64,000 bases of DNA from contig NC_043016.1 of NCBI RefSeq assembly GCF_006345805.1, positions 29,016,001 through 29,080,000 on the forward strand, read 5' to 3'. Source of the DNA: Octopus sinensis (lineage: Eukaryota). Below are positions 26,366 through 64,000 of this stretch, in pieces (the stretch's first letter is position 1; the number at the start of each line of letters is the position of its first letter). A model generated the notes under the pieces. The model made no database searches and was not told where the DNA came from. It saw nothing but the letters and a program-made list of their open reading frames with translations. A program made the position numbers and the translations under genes.

Positions 26366-26777
26366 CATACATTTATACACACAAGGTTTAGAGATAAGAA
26401 ATCTCTTCACATTGAGCTGTTACTGCTTTGCATGGAGAGGTCACAGTTCTGGTACTACGGACATGTGATTAGACTATTGCAGGAAAGAATTGCAAGATGG
26501 ATTTTTTTAAAGCTGAGCCTACTTGTAGGAGGAGATCTAGCAGACCAAGAATGAAATGGTTGTAATAAAAGTTTCAGTAGGTCATGTTTGGGAATTAAAC
26601 TGCAAAGTGGTACAATGGTTGCTTCTGACAGGACCTTATGGAGGAAGTGCCAGAGGACACTACCCTCATGGCTCTTCCAAGAGTAGTGGGTGTAGAAAAT
26701 GGATGGTTTATATATATATATTATATATATATATATAAATATAAGAACATACTGTGGACAAGGCTGCATGACATTCA

Positions 26778-26851
<74 letters not shown>

Positions 26852-28808
26852 TATATATATATTAGTTCAAAGTTACAGAAAATAAAAGACAAAGACAGGT
26901 GAAGGAACAACAGGTGTATTAGTTTAACACTCAGGAAGAATGGAAAAGTCTTTGACATTTCGAGCATACGCTCTTCAACAAAAAGGATTGAGAGAATAAA
27001 AATGTGTAACACCTCAACATAAAAGCATGCAGATAAAATGAGGAAGATTGAGAGATAAATAGGAAATACAAATGAATAAATAAATGAAGTTAGACAAGTA
27101 AAACATGTTGGAAAGAGTATAAGCAATATGAAACAAAATATAGATGGGAAGATGGCAGAATTGTTACAGTGGCGGGTAAAATGCTTAGTGGCATTTTGTC
27201 AGTCTTTACATTCTGAGTTCAAATGCTGTCAGAGTCGACTTTCATCCTTTCAAGGCCTATAAAATAACAGTTGAACACTGTGGTCAGTGTAATCAACTTA
27301 ACCCCTCTCATGAATTTGCTGATCTTGTGCCAAAATTTGAAGCAAATATGAAGCAAAACCAGAATGGGAAAAGTATGAAGTTGCTAATGATGATTCCAAC
27401 ATGGGTATAGCTGTTTTCATTTTCATTTTCTATCCTTGGACTTATTGTATAGACACATTGATTACAATTGCTCTAACACACAGTGTTGGCTAAAGAGGCT
27501 ACAAATATAATCTACAGTACATTGTAGCAATAAGATGAAACACTCAACACACCAGTAATAAAAGAATGTGTATAATGAAAAATACAACAATGTTAAGTAT
27601 ATATATAATACTTTAAGATTTACTTTCCATGAGCCAAATGAAATTCATTGGAAGACTTTCTATGGCCAGATGCCCTTCCTATCAAACAGTTCTTCCCCTC
27701 TTTCAAAGCAAGATAATATTTCTTCATGGCCAGGCATGTTTATATATATGTATCATAATCATTGTTAATGTCCGCTTGAAAAGGAAAAAAAGAAAAAGGT
27801 CTTTGACATTTTGGACATTGAGTCCTTCATCAGAGATTGTTGAAGGCTGGTGGGAATGTTGTTTTATGGGGAGGAGTTGAGAAGAGAGATAAAGGTTGGA
27901 AGTTGTGTGCATATGAAGAAGAGTATCTGTATAACAAGATGGGCATAGAGGTATGTGTTTACATATATATATTTTTGGATGGTTTAACAGGAATTGACCA
28001 GGCAGAAGATTGCACGGGACTTCTATGACCGTTTTGACAGTAGAGGACACAGCATATGTGTGTGTATATATATATCCCTCTTCAATGAACTACTTCCTGT
28101 TGACTTGCCCCCTATCTCCACACATTTTTCACCCTCCCTACTCACTATGTTTTTCATCTCACTCTGGCAATGAAACCACCCTCATGTTATCTACCTTTCC
28201 CACATCCTTCTCCTGTTTACTTTATCTAAGATTACTGTTCTACTGCTCTTCACTCTTTTCTGTACTGCTAGTCAGCACCAACTCTTCCCAAACTCACCCG
28301 TCCCAACTCATATATATTACTGATTATTCTTGTCTTTGTTCATCATTCACTACATTTACACCTCAACTTAACCCAATTCTTTTGTCATCACCTACTCTCC
28401 TCTATCTTCCAGCTACTCCCACCCATTCTTCTATAATATGAGTAGCTATACGTCTTGTCTGCAGAAAGAAACTTGTTCAGGTCTCTTTCATACTTTAACT
28501 ACTCATCACATCAAGCATAATACTTACTCCTCCTCTACTGTAGCCTCACTCAGCCAAAGGGACCTTAGTTTTGCAAGTTACATGATAAAAAAAAAAAAAG
28601 TGCTCAGTACACTCTAACAGTCAGAGTTAGGAAGAGCATCCAACCACAGAAACCATGCCAAAACAGATATTGGAGCTCGACACTGTCCTTTGGCTTGTTG
28701 GGTGAACATGCAAGATAGATGTTAAAAGCTGATGGTGATACACAGACACACAACATACAGTTGGGAAAAAAAAAATTAAAGAAAGAAGTCAGAAATAATT
28801 GCCTTAAT

Positions 28809-28814
28809 TTTATT
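28809..28814 (-). promoter_or_regulatory. Candidate polyadenylation signal (AATAAA) of the MTUS-like gene, implying a ~1.55 kb 3' UTR
   Basis: tttatt on plus at 28809-28814, followed on minus by a U-rich run (A-run near 28767-28773); 28790-30350 lacks recognisable SINE copies. Other AATAAA sites are possible. Confidence 0.4.
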
Positions 28815-30350
28815 GACCAATAACAACAACAACAAATGGTAATATAATAATGATAATAATATTAACGACATAGGGTAATTAAGGACAAATACAAGCTACA
28901 GAAAGATTGAAAAGAAGTTAAGTCTGTCCAGATAGTTCAAAATAAGATGGCAATTTGTCTTACTGATAATGAGCAAAAATAAATTTAGAGCTCACTGTCC
29001 AAACAATCTTTAACGAGCTGCCTTTTTACTTCATTCTGTCTTTTTTTATCGATATCAGTTCCACTCCCAACATGGTTTGTTATGAAGTTGAAAATTCTGG
29101 GAGTTCCATTGTTTCAGATTTTCTTGTGTTTACATTACTTTACATTCTTTCATTCATGAAAGCCGTAGAGTCAATTTATAATCCCGTGTTTTACAATGCA
29201 GCTTACACCAAACCCAATTATAAGTTTGAAAATGACTTGTGATATAGATTCATACATCGGTGTAATTTTGCCTGTAAATATATTCTTGGATATAAATTCT
29301 TGGAAAAGAATATTTACCATCTTGTAAACTATGTTTTTTTTTTTTCTTTCTTCTTTCAACCTCATGTTTTTCTCTGAAATGTGGCATTTCATAAATATTT
29401 TGTTGATATGATTCTTTCAAGAATTATGGCAGTTCTGATTGATTGCAAGACAACATCTATATATATACATATATACATACATATATATATATATAATCCT
29501 TTTTTTTTTTCCATTTTTTTTTTTAGCTATTAATTTCAGTGTTATATTCAAGCACACAGTACAAGTTCAACTCCAAATGACAGTCAAGACATCAGTTTGC
29601 TCACTTATTTCTAGTTATTTGTGAGGTATATCCAAAACAAATTCATCTTAAATTAAACAACTCAAATTTCAGGTTCGAAACCTAGGACTGACTTCCACCT
29701 CGAGGAGACCTCTTAGAGGTTAAATTTTTTTAACAGTTTTTTTTTCCTTTTTTTTTTAAGGTGGAATTTAAATAATATACACAGTAACATTTACACACAT
29801 CTATATAGTAAAAAAAAAAAAAAATGGGAAAAAAAGTTTATACATACATAATTCGGGCCGTATTACATGTTCAGCAGAAATGTCTACATGATCAACATGA
29901 TTGCTTCATTATTTCCATAGCATTTATTAATTAGTCACTTATTAATTAGTAGTTTTCTACTATTCTTAATAAAAAGAGATTCTGTGTAGAATTTCGAAAG
30001 ACTTAGCTTTGATATCTTTCAAAATTTCCTATTTAAAATTCAAAACATTTTCCTACTGTTAATATTTTTTTGTTTACAGAATTGTAAATTTTTGAATAGA
30101 AAGCTTATTTTTCTTTGACAATTTTGTCTTTTTTCTTTTTTACCTATTTTGAATAATGATTAATGAAAAATACAAATGCCTTCCTTCAAAAAGATACTGT
30201 GAACCAATATCATAAAAGTTATCTAAATTATTTGAAACACGTTTTAAACAAATTTATGGAAAAAATTTGAAACAACTAATCTATGCATAAACTTTTCTGC
30301 CTATAAGTTAACAAAAAATGTTCAACAATGGGGAGAAAAAAAAAATGAGA

Positions 30351-55180
<24,830 letters not shown>

Positions 55181-56003
55181 CTGAAATAAAAAATATCAAA
55201 GACAATTAGTGATAAATATGGAAAAAAAGCAAAGAAACAAGAAGTTTCAAATTTATCACAAACTTTAAAAATCACATGGGAAATCTCCCTCCTCAGACAC
55301 ACACTCATGCATATTGAGATTTTCAATTACAATCTACAACCACAAAAATGAAAATATTTAATGATTAAAAAGTGAATAAAGAAAAACACATTTCTGATGA
55401 AATAAATAGTCATGAAAAATATCAGATTTACGAAACGTATAAGTTCATAAAATATGTAATTTGGTAATGTTAATGTTCATTTTTGCAAATACAAACACTT
55501 AAGCACACATATGGTTAAATAATAATAATAATAATAATAATAAATGATAAAGAACTTGATAAAAAAAAAAGAACAACAACTTGATTGAAATACTAAATCA
55601 CTGATTGCACAATTATCAGTTTTATTGTTTCTTTGCATCATGAAGTAATAATATTGATATAACTTGCTGATATAATAACTAATTTCTCAACATTCATAGA
55701 TTGAAGGTGGATTAATAAACATTATCAGATGATCTTAAAGAGTTAGTCAACCTTACAGCTTTAATGTGATCAATGGTTAATCTGACATTAGAATACAATT
55801 ACACACACACACACACACATACACACAGGGGCAGGCATGGCAGAGCAGTCGAAAAATCACTTCCCAACAACTGCATGACACCTTGGGCAAGTGTCTTCTA
55901 CTAAAGCTCTGGACCGACTAAAGCCTTGCGAGTAGATTTGGTAGACAAAAAAAATTAAAGAAGTCTGCCATATGTGTGTGTGTATATATAATATTAAACA
56001 CAA

Positions 56004-56040
<37 letters not shown>

Positions 56041-56342
56041 ACACACACAACATACATATACACACACATATGTGTGTATATATATATATATATATAATAT
56101 ATATACATATACACACACACACCACTTGTCTGGTGTTAAAATAAGCGTCACCATCACAAAAAAAAAGGTATTCATTACTAATCTTCTGTATAAAGCATGT
56201 CTAGCTGTGGAAGAAAAAAAAGTCTTGCTTAAAATCAAGTGCCAGGTGGTGACAGAAAAATTGCCTCAACAAATTCCGTCTTATTCATGGAACAGTGGCT
56301 GTTAAAATGATGATATTACGATAATGATGGTGTTATAATATA

Positions 56343-56382
<40 letters not shown>

Positions 56383-57519
56383 TATAATACACACACACAA
56401 ATATATATATAATAACAAGTGTTTGGAACTAAAGCAATTTACAACATGCTAGCTTCATATTTAAAACAAGTACATATGCACTGCTCTGTTTAGTTTGTTG
56501 TATTATTATTTTGAGATAAGAAAATATCTTATGACACTGTACTCGGAAGCAGACAGGCTCTGATTCTTTAAACTGCAAGAGGTAGCAACCAAATTTTTCC
56601 CCAAAATACACTTAACTATCTTTAAAATGGAAGGAATGGATAATGTCGGCTTGGACACAGAAAACTGTATCTTATGACACTATACTTAGGGAAGTAGATA
56701 GGTTCTGGTTATTCATATTGCAAGAGGTAGCAACCAAATTTTCCCCCCAAATACACTCAACCATCTTAAAAATGGAAGGATTGGATAATGTAGGCCTGCT
56801 CTGTAAGTGCTGACCCAGGACTAAACATCAACCAGCAGAGAGTGGGGTGTGTATTAGTCACTTGACTGTAGGGGTAAAGTGGTGAAAATATTTGATTAAA
56901 GGTATATACAAACATAAATGTATATAACAGTGGACGTACATATAAATAGTCATCCTTTTCTCTGCCCAAGGAGAATTGGCTGGACTTACTCTCTCACCCC
57001 AATTTTAAAAAAATAATTAAAAGGATTTACTCCCGCACCATTTTTTAAAATAATTAAAACCATTAAATGCAAAGGTTTCCTCTTAATATTTCCATTGTCT
57101 TCAACACTTTAGAATTTAAACCAGACATATCCAGCCCAAATATTCAAATGTTCTTTTTTTTTTGTTCAAATTAGCCAGATCAAATCTCTCACATCAAACC
57201 CTATAATGTCATTCTAAAACTAAACAATCATATCATTGAAATCTCAAAGCTACAAGATAAAACAGGATTACTTGAAAACAATGTAAATAAATAAGCATTA
57301 CATTTGACTAAGTAATCTGACTGCTAAAGGGTTGATCCTACTGTAAGGTACCTTGAGCAAATGTCTCTACTATAATCTCAGATTAGCCAATCCCTTGTAA
57401 GTGGCATTTGCAGACAGAAGCTGTGAGAGTCTGTCAGACTGGCCATTCATTTTTTTTGGATGAAAGCCTTGACATGTTGCTCAGCTTAGTGCCACCTCAT
57501 CGTCTTTCATTGATTTTAA

Positions 57520-57739
57520 CCCTTTAGCATTCAAACCAGTCACATCCAGCCCAAATATTCCACATGTTTCATGTTAAAACTGGCCAGATCCAGCCTTACA
57601 CACCTACCCTACAATGACATTCTAGAAATATACAATCACTTCATCAAAATCTTAAAGCTATAAGATAATGCATGATTAATGCAAAACAATGTGGATAAAT
57701 AAGCATTACATTCGACAGAGTAATCTGAATGCTAAAGGG
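57520..57739. mobile_element. piggyBac-like MITE, second family (220 bp)
   Basis: TTAA on both sides, CCC/GGG ends, 14-bp perfect TIR ccctttagcattca / tgaatgctaaaggg; further copies at ~36848-37066 and ~57105-57330. Confidence 0.8.
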
Positions 57740-59454
57740 TTAAAGGAAACATGTTAATGATGAAAACCCAAGAAAACTCATATGGCTCTGAAGATGTGTG
57801 AGGAATTTTAATTAGACAAGTGTACCTTTAGGTGTGACACAATCATGCTATTCTGTTTCAGTCTCATAGCATGGCGCTTTGGTCAGGTGTCTTCTACTAT
57901 AGCCCCAGACCAACCAAAGCCTTGTGAAAGGAATTTGTTAGATGGAAACTGGAAGAACCCTGTCATATGTATATATAAATATATATTACACACACATACA
58001 AGTGGATGTGCAATGTCAGTGTGCATGTACGACAGAGTGTAAGCATCTTGGGAATAAAAAATTGGGCATAAGAGGCATCAGATGTGGTGCACAAAAAACT
58101 GTGCTGGTTTCTAACTGTGCAGGGAATCTGCAGAAGAGGTGGACCCAGGAAAACATTGGATAAGGTGGTGAAGCATGAAACCAATTGGTAAGATCAGCTG
58201 TGATGGATATATAATACTGTACACTTTGGATAATACACCCACTCTATTGACAGATATATGAGTGTGTCTTTATCCTGAATAATGGATTTATAGATGACTA
58301 AGATATATATATTTTACACACACACACACAGACATATGCGGCTGTGCAATGTCAGTGTGCATGAGAGAAAACTTTGCTGGTATGGTCATGTAATGCATAT
58401 GGAATGAAGACAGCTGTGTGAAGAAATGTTGATCTCTAGAGGGAAGCTGTGGAAGATGCAGACTCAGGAAAACATGGTACGAAGTGGTGAAGCATGATCT
58501 TTGGATGTTGGGTTTCACAGAGGCAAATGACCTTTGTCAGTTTGCTGTACTTGAGAAGACATGTCAAACCCAAGTGAAATCATAGTTGCTGCCAATGCTG
58601 GTGACATGTAAAAGACATCTACTACATTCTTGGAGTGATTGGCATTAGGAAGAGCATATAGCCATAGAAACTAAGCCAAATCAGACAAATGGAGCCTGGT
58701 ACAGCTCTACAGCTTACCAGTTCCAGTCAAACTGTCTAACCCATGGAAAGTGGATGTTAAATGATGATGATAATGATTATATGTGTGTTTGTGTGTGTCC
58801 CCTTGTCTTGGCATCATGTGATGTTTGTAAACAAGCATCACCTTTATACAACCAATGTTGTTTGTTTGCAGTCTTTTGTGAAAAAGATGTCTAACTGTGG
58901 GGAAATATTACCATACTTGGAAATGGTATCAGGACAAAATCCTGCCCAGAGGACAAATTTTACATGAAAATATCAACTAATAAATATTAAAAATTTTTTA
59001 AAATAAAATTTCACTTTCCTAAAATATTTTTATTGTAAAGAAAGAACAATATCCCAGGGGGATTTAGTCTGGAAGAGGGTGGGGGAGTGGGGGTTTGTCC
59101 AGCGGGAATTTTGTTCTAGTATCCTTGGAAACAGGTAAGGGTTGGTGACAGGAAGGGCATCAGGCTGTAAAAAATCTGCCTCAACAAATTCCATCTGATC
59201 CATGTAAGCACGAAAATATAGATGTTAAAATGATGATGATGTGCTCAAGATGATGATGATGTGTTAAGACGTGTCTTAGCAAATATTTGAGAATTATATA
59301 TGGCTCTCAGAACAGTGAATTGTTGCGATGTGATGACTATCACGAAGCAATATATAAAGATGTGAGTGAACAACTGAAATGAAGAAGAAATAGTGTTTTG
59401 TCAGAGCTGAGATGGCGTCATGGGGAAAACAAACATGGAAGATGATAGTATTGG

Positions 59455-59690
59455 TACTGCTAATGTTGGTGGTGACATTGATATTGGTGGAGGTGGTAAT
59501 GTGGTGTGAGGTGACAGCGAAGGAGGTGGTGGTGGTGGTGATGATGATGGTGGAGGTGGTGATGATGATGGTGGAGCTGGTGATGATGATGGAGGTGGTG
59601 GTGACGGTGGAGGTGACTATGGATGTGGTGGTGGAGGGGACAGCAGTAATGATGTTTGTGATGATGATGATGATGATGATGATAATGACA
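59455..59690. repeat. Degenerate (GGT/GAT)n tract
   Basis: Directly visible; source of the V/M-rich 96-aa ORF. Confidence 0.85.
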
Positions 59691-59942
59691 ATTTTACGCT
59701 GACCCCTGCGTAGGTTGTAATAGTAACATGACAGCTAACATTTCTCAAGTTATTTTTCATGAAATTCTAATCCCTATTGCTACCATTTCAACTGAAAGTA
59801 TAAAGAAACATGTGTTCTACAAATTAATGTTATCTGCCCTTCTACTAAAAGACACTGGCATAGTTCAGTAAGTAACTATTCTAGGTTTGATCCTTTAGTA
59901 TTTAAATTGGCCTTATCTGAGAGAGAGAGAGAGAGAGAGAGG

Positions 59943-59987
<45 letters not shown>

Positions 59988-60262
59988 AGAGAGACGCTAA
60001 AAAAGAGGAAAGGATGCATAGATAGGATTAGATTAGTGTTGATGAATTTCAGGAAGCATGGAATTTTTCAAGGATGTTATAACCTAACAGCTCACAACTG
60101 ACAGGTAGTTTACAAATATATGCTATGAATATTCCGAGTGTGAAAAAATTTTGGTGAAAGTCATGGATACTGGGCTGTATTTTTCCTTTTTTTTTTTTTG
60201 TTGTTTTCTAAGCATATGTCCACAAATGGTAGAGATATTGAGAAATCCACCATCCTTAAGTC

Positions 60263-60302
<40 letters not shown>

Positions 60303-60524
60303 CCTTTCTACTAAAAGTACAAGGCCTGAAACTTTGGGGGAGGGGACTAGTCGATTACATCGACCCCAGTGTTTCACTGGTACTTAATTTTTCAATCCCA
60401 AAAAGAAGAAAGGCAAAATTGATCTTGGTGGAATTTGAACTTAGAGCATAAAGATGGTAAAAATGCTGCTAAGCCTTTTACTTGGCATGCTAACGATTTT
60501 GCCAGTTCACTAACTTAATAATAA

Positions 60525-61050
60525 TAATGCCCTGATGCAGTACCAGGCAGTGGCTCTTGTGGCTTCTGATCTTAACTGACTGGAAGTGTTATCATGTACG
60601 TTGTTTTGTCTTGGTATAAAAGATGGGCTACAGCAAATATTCTGCTCAACACCACAGATTTGCTTGTCAGTTGTTTGACCTTAACCAGTTGAGCATGTCC
60701 CTTAGTGGTTGACGATACGTGCATCTCTGATCACAAGCAGAAGTAGTGGGGGAGCATCATAACCATGTGTTGAGAGGGATTCTTTGGGGTTTGAAAAATT
60801 CACCTCTGGAAACATGGGTGTTTCGTTCAAAATCTTTAAACAACCCTTATTCAGGGACCTTTTTAGCGGGATGGGCTACTTGACCTGAAGAAAATTCTAA
60901 CTGGGCCCCACCTGTGAGGTCGCTGTTTATCTTGATATGAGATCACTATGTTGTGCACATATGGTTATGATACATGTGCCTGATGTATCCTTATCAGATG
61001 GGCAGTCATGATGGGTATACTAGGCTTTGTTATTTTACCCCAGTGTCACT
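60525..61050. repeat. Unclassified interspersed repeat
   Basis: More GC-rich, non-coding block between (TAA)n runs that I recognise as a dispersed repeat; only one copy here, so not verifiable in-window. Confidence 0.35.
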
Positions 61051-61459
61051 TAGATGGCATCCAATGTTCTCCCAATAATAATAATGATGATGACGACGAC
61101 AATGGTGATGATTTCTTCTAGTTGCAACCAGGGTGACATGCTCAAAGCCACCTCTCTCAATACTACTCACCCTTCAGTTGAAGAGTTTCATCTTATGAGT
61201 TACTTGTGAGCTTGCTGGTGCTGGTGCCATGTAAATAGCACCCAGTACACACTCTAAGTGGCCAGTGTTAGGAAGGGCAACTTGCTGTAGAAACTATGCT
61301 AAAGCAGATATCAGAGCTTGGCACAGTCCTCTGGCTTATCAGCTCCAGTCAAACTGTCCAATTCATGCCAGCATGGAAAGCAAACAAGAAATGATGATGA
61401 TTATTCAAAGCAATTCAACTGACAATGACAGGATTGGAGAAATGTCTGTGTGTGAAGAA

Positions 61460-61507
<48 letters not shown>

Positions 61508-63810
61508 ATATGCTGTGCTAGAGAAGACCAGTCAAGCCAAGTGAAATTACAGTCATTGGCTGATGCTGGTATCATGCAACAGGCACCCATGCAGGTGGCA
61601 CGTAAAAAGCACCTTTCGAACATTGAGCCTCACGGAGGTGAAGTGGTTGGGTCTCACAGAGGCAATGACTGAAACCTTTAGCATTATGTTGTGCTTGAGA
61701 AGAAGACTCAGCAATCTAAGTAAAATTGCAATTGTGGCAGATACCGGTGTCATGCAAATGGCACCTGTGCCAGTGGCACACAAAAGTACTTTTCGAGTGT
61801 TGGGCAGGGTACATAAAAGCACCCATTACACTCTTAGAATGGTTGGTTTTAGGAAGGGCATCCAGCTGTAGAAATCATGCCAAATCAGACTGGAGTCTGG
61901 TGCAGCCCCCCCCCGCCAGCCTTGGTGAAAATGTCCAACCATGCCAGCATGGACAACAGATGTTAAATGATGATGATGATGATGATGATGTTCTTTTATT
62001 TGTTTCAGTCATTTGACTGTGACCATGCTGGAACACCAGTTTTTAATTGAACAACTTGATCCCAGGCTTTATGTTTTGTAAGCCTAGTACTTATTCTACT
62101 GGTCATTTTTGCCGAACCACTAAGTTACATGGGATGTAAACACACCAACATTGGTTGTCAAGCAATGGTGGGGGGCACAAACACAGACACACAAACATAT
62201 ATATATATACATATAAATGATAGGCTTCTTTCAGTTTTCGTCTACCAAATCCACTCACAAGGCTTTGGTCGGCCCAAGGATATAGTAGAAGACACTTGCC
62301 CAAAGTGCCTTCTCAGTAGGACTGAACCCAGAACCAGTGGTTGGTAAGCAAGGTGCTTACCACATACCCACTCATGCACCTATATTTTCATTATAGAATT
62401 GAAGTACTTTATACATGAAAAATTTCTCAAAAACCAAAACTATCAACACCCAAAAGAGTTAGCCCTTTTCAGGTGGCACCTGATTCTATGATACGAACTT
62501 GCTGTTTTAAAATAATCTAAATTAAAATCTCCCATCAAAATGTCATCTTAATTCATGTTATAAACACCAGTTTAATAATGACAATTATTGTAATAAATTC
62601 TACATTATTTTCGAAGTTAATTACAACAAAATCAGTGTTTTTCAACAAAAGTAATGGTAACAAAAGTGTTCATAGGCACAGGAGTGGCTGTGCGGTAAGT
62701 AGTTAGCTTACAAACCACATGGTTCCGGGTTCAGTTCCACTGCGTGGCACCTTGGGCAAGTGTCTTCTACTATAGCCTTGGGCCGACCAAAGCCATGTGA
62801 GTGGATTTGGTAGACGGAAACTGAAAGAAGCCATGTATGTATATGTGTATATATATATATGTTTGTGTGTCTGTGTTTGTCCCCCACCAACATCGCTTGA
62901 CAACCAATGCTGGTGTGTTTGTGTCCCCCGTAACTTAGCAGTTCGGCAAAAGAGACTGATAGAATAAGTACTAGGCTTACAAAGAATAAGTCCTGGGGTA
63001 GATTTGCTCGACTAAAGGTGGTGCTCCAGCATGGCCGCAGTCAAATGACTGAAACAAGTAAAAGACTAAAAGAGTATATTAAAACCCATCAAAATTTCAT
63101 GTTAATTTATGTTCCAAACACTAATTTGATAAACGACAGAATTATTTTACTAAATTCTTTGTTATTTTCAAAATTTACTGAAACAAAGAGAGTGTATTTA
63201 AGCAGAAATATAGCAGCAAAATGGCTTATACTTGTTTTACATTTTAGGCTGTCACAAGATATCTTGTATTTAGGTTTTAAATATTTAGGGTTTAAAACAC
63301 AAAAGTGACACTTAAGAAGGGTGAAATAGTGACTAAAAGACAAAATATCAGAGCAGCTGAAAGCAGTTGTATGGCTAATATTACAACGGCGGCTGCTACA
63401 GACATCATTTAAATTCCAAATGACAACCAGTGAGATTAGAACTTCAGAACCAACAGACAATGAAAGGGGGCTTCAATGACAGCATTTAGTTTGCTAAAAA
63501 TAGTAACCAAGAGAACACTATGTCTGCCCATGATAAAAACAAAGGAGTGGGGGTTGTCAGAATTAGAACACTTTTAATCAGAGGTCTACATTTATGATTG
63601 AAGAGCTAAATAAAAACCACAACAGTAGCAACAACAAAAACTAGTTACAATTTTGTTGTTACAGTTTGAAAAGTAATGTAGATTGAGACTTTAGCCATTT
63701 ATCTTTTTCGTTATCAATAAAGTATTTTTTTTTAATATATGAAAAAAGAAGCAGTTATCTCAAGTTGTTTTCATTTGAGTCTGATGGAATCATAAAAAAA
63801 GTGAGTGAGT

Positions 63811-63924
<114 letters not shown>

Positions 63925-64000
63925 AAACCCTAGATTATAATTTAGAATCATTATCCTTGCACATATAATCTCTACATTCTGATTCTTCATATCCTTTGCA

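Noticed and set aside
63292-63408. 38-aa hydrophobic ORF (MMSVAAAVVILAIQLLSAALIF...) as a membrane-anchored alternative first exon of MTUS
   Set aside because: Only weak donor sites (GTGTCA); hydrophobic ORFs arise easily in T-rich DNA; needs transcript evidence.

Overview
AT-rich eukaryotic genomic DNA saturated with microsatellites and retroposon/DNA-transposon remnants. The repeat families look like those of Octopus (coleoid cephalopod); this is recognition, not a database result. Two real protein-coding genes are present, both on the minus strand, and the ORF track shows neither properly. (1) An intronless PPEF/rdgC-family Ser/Thr phosphatase with EF-hands (ATG at 1929, 643 open codons running off the window start). 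(2) The 3' ten coding exons of an MTUS1/2 (ATIP)-like coiled-coil gene (55180 to 30351), which I spliced by hand with consistent GT-AG phases. Between them lies a ~7.5 kb tandem array with ~99 near-identical 55-bp units inside an old diverged array. The most unusual non-coding signals are degenerate minimal hammerhead-ribozyme motifs in three Penelope-like repeat families, a ~430-bp-arm inverted duplication around them, and a fold-back SINE with a ~105-bp near-perfect hairpin just inside an MTUS intron. Most listed ORFs are repeat artefacts. Repeat boundaries are approximate; exon coordinates were counted by hand.
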